Part shown: positions 58,110 through 64,000 of the stretch, piece after piece | Numbering within the stretch: position 1 is the first letter of the stretch | Layout: every line of letters starts with the position of its first letter | DNA from: a virus | IMG/VR virus record: IMGVR_UViG_3300020462_000004 | Coordinates: 3,393 to 67,392 of that record | Direction: 5' to 3' (one strand) | Length of the DNA: 64,000 bases | The notes under the pieces: generated by a model | Databases searched by the model: none | What the model was told of the DNA's origin: nothing | Seen by the model: only the letters and a program-made list of their open reading frames with translations | Position numbers and translations under genes: made by a program

Positions 58110-58787
58110 TTATAGAATGACTTTACCAAAATTCACGGAATCTTTTATATTGTCAGTAATTTGACCAAAATTAATTTGTTCTTCAACAGTTTCTACTGTA
58201 AATCTCCAATCTGTCACTGATACATTCAATCCAATAGAGTAAGTCGTTTCTAAATATCTAATATCATTTGTGATTACGAATAAATATTTACCTTTTTGTA
58301 ATAATGAAGATGGATAATCATTTAATAAAATCCCAGTGTCATCATCTTCATAATCTATTGCTGAATCACGAAACACATATCCATCATTATTTATAGGTAA
58401 TTCTTGTCTATGCCCATTTTCATCAATTTCATAAAAGGCTAATAAAGTATTTCTATTAGTTTGATTTTCATATGAAGTAGCAGAAAATTCTTGAGTAAAT
58501 TGAATTGATCTGGGCAAAGATAAATTTATTTCATAAAATGTGCTTTGTTTTCTTGATAAACCACCATGAGTATTAGTTATAACTTTTGTTTTAAATGTTT
58601 CTGTGAAATCTCCAAGATCTATTGGGTTATTTAAATTATCTCCTTGTTCTGCAGGTCTAGGATCAGAACCAAAATAAGAAGTAGGTCCGTATGCAGTAGG
58701 TCCTGCTCCACCTGTGGGGTAAGCTTCAACAGTACCTAAATTAAAAAACCCTAAATTAGTTGGGATAGTAGTAAGAAATCTTGCCAC
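58110..58787 (-). CDS. Hypothetical beta-rich protein, probably structural
   Basis: ORF track; PIDLG...LQKGKYLFVI pattern. Confidence 0.6.
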   Translation of the reverse strand: MARFLTTIPTNLGFFNLGTVEAYPTGGAGPTAYGPTSYFGSDPRPAEQGDNLNNPIDLGDFTETFKTKVITNTHGGLSRKQSTFYEINLSLPRSIQFTQEFSATSYENQTNRNTLLAFYEIDENGHRQELPINNDGYVFRDSAIDYEDDDTGILLNDYPSSLLQKGKYLFVITNDIRYLETTYSIGLNVSVTDWRFTVETVEEQINFGQITDNIKDSVNFGKVIL

Positions 58788-58788
58788 T

Positions 58789-59904
58789 TTAAGTTTGTTT
58801 ATTCCTATCTCTATGATACTGCAGAATATTTTCGTGATGAAGTTTAATGTCTTTAATAGATTTACATTCAGGTATTTCTTTTACACCTTTAATCATCAAA
58901 TGCTTAGGATTACAGCAAAATGCTGTGCATTCTGGTTTATTAAAAATACGATATTTACCTGTATATCCACGACTTAGCCAAAAAGCAATACGTGGAGCAG
59001 ATTGTGTTTTACCTGAGTGAAAAGGAGAGGGAAAATATGCAGTAGATTCTGTCCCATTTTTTCTAGTAGCTCCTTGCCATACCCAACAATCATCTTCTTC
59101 TTTAATATCTACTTGTTCCCAAAACCTCTTTACTTGCCAATACCATTTCATTTCGAATTCTCTAACATCTACTGTGCATCTAGCTTTTTTTATTTCTTCC
59201 ATACAATCAAGGCACTCTCCCATTAATCCAAAGTTACCTTTATGTTTGTTAGTTCCTTGTATATGCCAAGGACATTCGTAGTGTTGAGTTTCTGTCACGA
59301 CTCCTCTAAAATTTTTTGCTTCATTTGGATGAGCTCTCATTAAATTTACACAAGTGTCTGAGAGATTTGACCAAATCTTTTCCTCATTATATTGATCTTC
59401 TTTATCTTCGACATTCTCATATGTCTCTCCAGAACAAATTCTTCTTACTGAATGATATGGTAAACGATAATGTTTAGATAATTTTCTACTACTTACACCA
59501 CTTTGATTTTCGTTTCTCAACTTAGTTATTAAGTCAATATTTATAGATTTTTCACTAACTTTTGCATTTTCATAAGCTACATCTTTTCTTGTTCCCCAAT
59601 AGTAATGAGAAGGGTTAAGACAAAATTGAGATTCACATTCACTTCTTTTTACAATTATTGGTTCTTCTTCCGAATAATTTCTTCCTGTCATATTTAATAT
59701 TAGAGGTCTAGCATCATGTCCTTTATACATAAGTTTTGTTTTTTTACTTGTAGTAAAACCTTTAAATCCAGCATTATTCATCTTCGTCAGACACCAACAA
59801 GATTCTTTACCAAAGTGTTCTAAAGCTGTTTGAAAAGCTCGTACAAATAATATTTGATCATATGCAGTCAGATTCTTATATAAGAATGCATCACTATTCT
59901 TCAT
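58789..59904 (-). CDS. Tandem His-Me finger (HNH-like) protein with a central HTH
   Basis: CW...CLNPSHY and CWVWQG...CCNPKHL domains; SSRKLSKHYRLPYHSVRRI HTH; likely start MKNSD at 59904. Confidence 0.7.
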   Translation of the reverse strand: MKNSDAFLYKNLTAYDQILFVRAFQTALEHFGKESCWCLTKMNNAGFKGFTTSKKTKLMYKGHDARPLILNMTGRNYSEEEPIIVKRSECESQFCLNPSHYYWGTRKDVAYENAKVSEKSINIDLITKLRNENQSGVSSRKLSKHYRLPYHSVRRICSGETYENVEDKEDQYNEEKIWSNLSDTCVNLMRAHPNEAKNFRGVVTETQHYECPWHIQGTNKHKGNFGLMGECLDCMEEIKKARCTVDVREFEMKWYWQVKRFWEQVDIKEEDDCWVWQGATRKNGTESTAYFPSPFHSGKTQSAPRIAFWLSRGYTGKYRIFNKPECTAFCCNPKHLMIKGVKEIPECKSIKDIKLHHENILQYHRDRNKQT

Positions 59905-59964
59905 GCAAAGTAGGGGGTAGGTGTACTCGTAAGCATACATCCCTTTAATAGCAATGGCAATCGT

Positions 59965-60283
59965 TGAACACCCAAATACCAAAAAATTTTCTCTATTTAT
60001 ATTACTTTTATAGAGGATGAGGTTAGGTATATGACTGTTTTACTTTATATACACTCACTTACCTAACCACCGCATACATGAAGATAAGTAAAATGCTATT
60101 ATTTTTTAGGAACTTGGGTGTTCATAGTAAACCTCAGTCATACAAATCTATTTGAAACGCAAAGTACAAATATTTGCACTAACCCTACCACTATTTTTTG
60201 ATAAAAAATGCGGAAAAAGTTTTTTAAGGTTTTGGGTTAGGTAGATGACTGTTTAAAAAAGGTATACACTCATGTATCTAGTC
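59965..60283. repeat. Nested inverted repeats plus a second direct copy of the inner element
   Basis: TGAACACCCAA 59965-59975 / TTGGGTGTTCA 60114-60124; GGTTAGGTA 60021-60029 / TACCTAACC 60060-60068; second copy 60235-60283. Confidence 0.8.
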
Positions 60284-60333
60284 TCAAAGTCTTGTCGATG
60301 ATATTATTTAAATAACAACTTTTGTAAATATAA

Positions 60334-60570
60334 ATGCCAGGATACCCAATGCAAGGAGGATTTGATCAATCTGGATTAAATGATGTGGTTGATCCGACTA
60401 GACAATCAAGATTACCAGGTGGTTATGCTACTCAGGGACAGGCAGTCAGTGCTCCTTATGGTCAAGCTATGAAAGAAGCAGCTTCGAAAACTAATCCTAT
60501 GAATGCTAAATCACAAGAAACACCAGTAGGTGATAGAGTTGATGATTTTTTAAATAGAATGGGTGCATAA
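60334..60570 (+). CDS. Hypothetical protein
   Basis: ORF track. Confidence 0.6.
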   Translation: MPGYPMQGGFDQSGLNDVVDPTRQSRLPGGYATQGQAVSAPYGQAMKEAASKTNPMNAKSQETPVGDRVDDFLNRMGA

Positions 60571-60757
60571 AATGGGAGATAATGATTTTCCAGCTGTAAT
60601 GGCAAATGGAGGAGGTAAAAATTTTTTATCAGGTTTTGTTAAAGGAATGAGTAAATATAGTCAATCAGGAACAGATATAGATGACTTTGAAATTGAAAGA
60701 GAATATGAGCAAGATTTAGGGAAACCTATGATAGAAACAGTGAGATTTCGTAAATAA
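60563..60757 (+). CDS. Hypothetical protein
   Basis: ORF track. Confidence 0.55.
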   Translation: MHKMGDNDFPAVMANGGGKNFLSGFVKGMSKYSQSGTDIDDFEIEREYEQDLGKPMIETVRFRK

Positions 60758-60800
60758 AGTTATCGTAAAATTGATTTAACAATCAAGTTTTCAAATATAA

Positions 60801-61697
60801 ATGACACAGACTAAAGCACAGTTAGTAGATCTATCAGTAGAAGGTGTAAATGCTAATAATTTAAATTCTGGTACTATACCAGATGATAGATTCCCTGCAG
60901 TTTTACCAGCTGTGTCAGGTGCAAATTTAACAAATTTACCTGCAGGAGGTCTTAGTAATGTTGTTGAAGACACCACTCCGCAACTTGGTGGAAATTTAGA
61001 CGTATTAACGAGAGAAATAACTACAAGCACAAGTAATGGAGATATAGTATTTACTCCAGATGGAACAGGAATTATAAAGATAAAAGGTGCAGGGTCTACA
61101 GACGGTACCCTCCAATTAAACTGCTCGGCACAATCACATGGTGTGAAGCTAAAGTCACCTGCTCATAGTGCAGGGCAATCTTACACTATGGTTTTACCAG
61201 ACAACCAGATAGCAGCAGACAAGTTTTTGAAGGTGAAAAGTATAACAGGAAGTGGTGCAACTGCAGTAGGGCAGCTGGAATATTCTGGGGTAAGTGTCTT
61301 TGAACCTAATGTTTTGCAAGAGTCATTTCATAATGACACAAATGCTATTACTGGTACATATAATCATGACATTTTAACCTATGGGATGGTATGGAATGGA
61401 TCAACTAATGCTTCTGGTGCTTTTACTTTTAATATAAGAGGAGATTCGAGCACTACATTTGATAGTTTAATAAGCACTGGTAAAGTCACGACAATGACAA
61501 TATTTTCTGCGAATAATAATACTTCATATTATATGTCTGCTTTTCAAATTGATGGATCAACCCAAACTGTAAAATGGGCAGGTGGATCTGCACCATCAGC
61601 TGCTGAGGGTAGCGGTGTGGATGTCTACTCTATGACGATAATGAAAACTGCTACAAATACTTATTCAGTATTTGGTAATTTAACTAACTTTGCTTGA
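60801..61697 (+). CDS. Tail fibre protein, cassette 5
   Basis: DTTPQLGGNLD; LQLNCSAQSHGVK block shared with the 40908 gene; WAGGSAPS...GVD domain. Confidence 0.75.
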   Translation: MTQTKAQLVDLSVEGVNANNLNSGTIPDDRFPAVLPAVSGANLTNLPAGGLSNVVEDTTPQLGGNLDVLTREITTSTSNGDIVFTPDGTGIIKIKGAGSTDGTLQLNCSAQSHGVKLKSPAHSAGQSYTMVLPDNQIAADKFLKVKSITGSGATAVGQLEYSGVSVFEPNVLQESFHNDTNAITGTYNHDILTYGMVWNGSTNASGAFTFNIRGDSSTTFDSLISTGKVTTMTIFSANNNTSYYMSAFQIDGSTQTVKWAGGSAPSAAEGSGVDVYSMTIMKTATNTYSVFGNLTNFA

Positions 61698-62590
61698 TGA
61701 AAGAAAATTTTAAAAAAGAAAGTCCTATTTTATCTTTACCGAGTCTTGGTGGTGGAGCTAATGCACCTTCGGTAGCAGGAGGAGGAGGAGGAGGTCAAGA
61801 CGAATACACATCTCATGGAACTTATACATGGACTTGTCCTGCTGGGGTTACTTCAGTTTCTGTGGTATGTGTTGGTGCTGGGGGAACAATGGCAATGGGA
61901 TCCTATGGTACTGGAGGTGGTTCATTGGCCTATAAAAACAATATAACTGTAACTCCCGGACAGAATTATACGATTATTGTAGGTCAGACAAATACTTCAT
62001 CTAACGTACAATATGCTAATAATAGTAGTGCATTTGGTACGGTAGCCTATGGTGGTTACACTGGGGCACATACTTTTTATAATCAAAGTCAAGGTATAGG
62101 TCAAAACTATGACGGAGGAGGACAAGGAGGTATAGGAACTACTGACTATTATTCAGGAACAACTGGTTATCAATCAGGATCAGGGGGAGGTGCCGGTGGC
62201 TATAGCGGAAACGGAGGGAATGGTGCAAATGGCACTACCGCTGGTGGTAATGGCAGCGGAGGCGGAGGCGGAGGAGGAGGCCACGCACAAAATCCGTCCA
62301 AAGCAGCAGGTGGCGGAGGAGTTGGTCTACAAGGGGAAGGATCAAGTGGTGCCGGAGGTCTTTGGTCTTCAACACCTGCCGATACTGTAGGACATGGTGG
62401 TTCTGGTGGAACTGATTCTGATCAAGTTGACACTACTTCACTTTATGCTTACGGTGGTGAGTATGGTGGTGGCTCTGGCCAAATTAATTCTTTTAGCTCT
62501 GCTAATTTTAGTAAGCAAAGTGGAGCAGTAAGGATCATATATCCTGGCACTGACAGACAATTCCCATCAACACGCACAGCAGACGAGTAA
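61694..62590 (+). CDS. Glycine-rich adhesin, cassette 5
   Basis: TWTCPAGVTSVSVVCVGAGG...GAVRIIYPG. Confidence 0.75.
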   Translation: MMKENFKKESPILSLPSLGGGANAPSVAGGGGGGQDEYTSHGTYTWTCPAGVTSVSVVCVGAGGTMAMGSYGTGGGSLAYKNNITVTPGQNYTIIVGQTNTSSNVQYANNSSAFGTVAYGGYTGAHTFYNQSQGIGQNYDGGGQGGIGTTDYYSGTTGYQSGSGGGAGGYSGNGGNGANGTTAGGNGSGGGGGGGGHAQNPSKAAGGGGVGLQGEGSSGAGGLWSSTPADTVGHGGSGGTDSDQVDTTSLYAYGGEYGGGSGQINSFSSANFSKQSGAVRIIYPGTDRQFPSTRTADE

Positions 62591-62592
62591 TT

Positions 62593-62865
62593 ATGAGTAT
62601 CTACAAATTTGAAACAACCACCATTGATTCATTTGAGGCAGTTGTAAAATCACGAGAATACGATCAAGTTGATTTGTCAGAAGTAACAAAAATGACTGGA
62701 ACTCATGCGTCTTTAAGATTTATTATGGCTGATGATATATTTTTAAATAAATCATCTGTAAACATTGCTATTATTAATAATAATGATGATCCAGAAGGGA
62801 AGATGGAAGAGTATATTACTGAGTTAAAAAGTGCCACAAGTGGTAATGTTGAAAAACTAGCTTAA
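62593..62865 (+). CDS. Hypothetical protein, possibly cassette-associated
   Basis: ORF track. Confidence 0.55.
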   Translation: MSIYKFETTTIDSFEAVVKSREYDQVDLSEVTKMTGTHASLRFIMADDIFLNKSSVNIAIINNNDDPEGKMEEYITELKSATSGNVEKLA

Positions 62866-62890
62866 GATAAAATAAATATCTTTTTTTTAT

Positions 62891-63121
62891 ATGCAGATAG
62901 TAAATTTTTTTCTATCTAAACCATCTGTTTACACTCTTCCCGGAACTTGGGAAAAACAACCTTTAATAAAACATGGTAATTATGCTGGATTGCCACCAGA
63001 AGGTCAGATAGTTGCTATCATTTTGATACTGCTATTTTTAGTCACAGGATATGGACTATATGTAGCATTTGGACCACCTAATAAAAAATTAACTGATCCT
63101 TGGGATGAGCACGACGATTAA
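62891..63121 (+). CDS. psbN: PsbN-like photosystem II assembly factor with an N-terminal extension
   Basis: TM helix followed by TGYGLYVAFGPPNKKLTDPWDEHDD (cf. PsbN TGYxLYTAFGxPSxxLxDPFEEHxD). Confidence 0.8.
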   Translation: MQIVNFFLSKPSVYTLPGTWEKQPLIKHGNYAGLPPEGQIVAIILILLFLVTGYGLYVAFGPPNKKLTDPWDEHDD

Positions 63122-63179
63122 AGCAATATTAAAGTTTATTATTATTTTTTCTGGTGTAGTTACTTTTTTCGAGTTTTTT

Positions 63180-63293
63180 TCAATTTTCTTTTAATTTTTT
63201 AAATAAATGAGTGGAATTTGTTATCTGCTCTTCTTTTTTTCTACAGTGTTCACAGTTACATTTACAGTGAGGACATTCACACTTATTTTGCAT
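63180..63293 (-). CDS. Cys/His-rich microprotein (37 aa)
   Basis: Manual translation MQNKCECPHCKCNCEHCRKKEEQITNSTHLFKKLKEN. Confidence 0.5.
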   Translation of the reverse strand: MQNKCECPHCKCNCEHCRKKEEQITNSTHLFKKLKEN

Positions 63294-63329
63294 TAGAAAA
63301 AATAGATTTATTTTAATTCTATTAGTTAT

Positions 63330-63431
63330 TTATACAGATAAAGATCCAGCAAATCCTGCAATCGTGCCTACAGCAACGAAAAATCCAAATTCTATTAATG
63401 GATAATATGGATTATAAAATATTTTTTTCAT
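63330..63431 (-). CDS. Small membrane protein in the hli operon
   Basis: MKKIFYNPYYPLIEFGFFVAVGTIAGFAGSLSV; ATGA overlap. Confidence 0.6.
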   Translation of the reverse strand: MKKIFYNPYYPLIEFGFFVAVGTIAGFAGSLSV

Positions 63432-63502
63432 ACGAATACTAGTGAGCTCACATTTGTGAGTAAATAGATTGCTATGAGAGTTGTGAAGATAAGATGATTC
63501 AT
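63428..63502 (-). CDS. Hydrophobic microprotein (24 aa) in the hli operon
   Basis: MNHLIFTTLIAIYLLTNVSSLVFV; TAATG coupling. Confidence 0.55.
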   Translation of the reverse strand: MNHLIFTTLIAIYLLTNVSSLVFV

Positions 63503-63672
63503 TAAGTTCCTTGATAAATGGGAGTCATTACGCCACCACCCTGATCATCATCGTCATCATTATTACTAGCACGTAAGACTAGCTCTAATAAGACTGCAAA
63601 ACCTATGGGATATAAACACCATAGGATTGCAAAAAAAGGTGATATTTCATTAGTTGCTGACAACTCAGGCAT
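63502..63672 (-). CDS. Small membrane protein in the hli operon
   Basis: MPELSATNEISPFFAILWCLYPIGFAVFIELVLRASNNDDDDDQGGGVMTPIYQGT. Confidence 0.65.
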   Translation of the reverse strand: MPELSATNEISPFFAILWCLYPIGFAVLLELVLRASNNDDDDDQGGGVMTPIYQGT

Positions 63673-63797
63673 TAAAACATGCCGAAGAACATATGTCCTG
63701 TGAGTAAATCAGATGTTGCTGCTGCAACAAGACCAAGCATTGCTAGTCTTCCGTTCCAGTTTTCAGCAATAACTTTTTGTTTTTCTAATTTTTTCAT
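63672..63797 (-). CDS. hli: High-light-inducible protein
   Basis: AENWNGRLAMLG chlorophyll-binding motif. Confidence 0.9.
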   Translation of the reverse strand: MKKLEKQKVIAENWNGRLAMLGLVAAATSDLLTGHMFFGMF

Positions 63798-63904
63798 TAG
63801 AAAATACCAGGAATGATCTGACCAGTTGTCCAGTATGCACCAACTGCGGCTACGAATCCAAGCATTGCTGCCCAGCCATTAAATCTTTCTGCTTCAGGAG
63901 TCAT
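63797..63904 (-). CDS. hli: High-light-inducible protein
   Basis: MTPEAERFNGWAAMLGFVAAVGAYWTTGQIIPGIF. Confidence 0.95.
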   Translation of the reverse strand: MTPEAERFNGWAAMLGFVAAVGAYWTTGQIIPGIF

Positions 63905-63922
63905 GATAATAAGTAATAAATT

Positions 63923-64000
63923 TTAAAAAATGCCAGGAATAATCTGACCTGTTGTGATGTAAGCACCTAATAGAGCTACAAATCCGAGCATTGCCCATCT
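63923..64000 (-). CDS. hli: High-light-inducible protein (5'-truncated)
   Basis: ...RWAMLGFVALLGAYITTGQIIPGIF. Confidence 0.9.
   Translation of the reverse strand, partial: RWAMLGFVALLGAYITTGQIIPGIF

Noticed and set aside
60021-60068. Protelomerase telRL site
   Set aside because: The centre of the dyad is not a perfect palindrome and no protelomerase is seen.
1-64000. Prophage or host chromosomal flank
   Set aside because: No integrase, att site or housekeeping genes; the hli/psbN genes sit in phage-like context, though the sequence beyond the right edge cannot be seen.

Overview
AT-rich fragment of a tailed dsDNA cyanophage, most likely marine and infecting a picocyanobacterium. A Prochlorococcus-like host is inferred from composition and the TGQIIPGIF-type hli genes. 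Layout: (i) 1-4226, leftward accessory or virion genes including a repeat protein; (ii) 4854-16277, a dense leftward array of small early-type ORFs with sigma70-like promoters, a C5 cytosine methyltransferase and a gp88-like protein; (iii) a ~500-bp non-coding divergence region; (iv) a rightward morphogenesis block: probable internal/ejection proteins, terminase, portal, scaffold, major capsid, neck/tail proteins, then tandem tail-fibre and glycine-rich adhesin cassettes with chaperones; (v) a module of secreted and membrane proteins, an HNH nuclease, an NblA-like protein and three apparently catalytically degenerate enzymes (lysozyme, N6-adenine MTase, double His-Me finger); (vi) a dyad-symmetric non-coding element, a fifth adhesin cassette, psbN and a translationally coupled hli operon running off the right edge. 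No integrase, DNA polymerase, tail sheath, tRNA, CRISPR array or reverse transcriptase was recognised. All assignments come from motif recognition by eye; no database searches were run.
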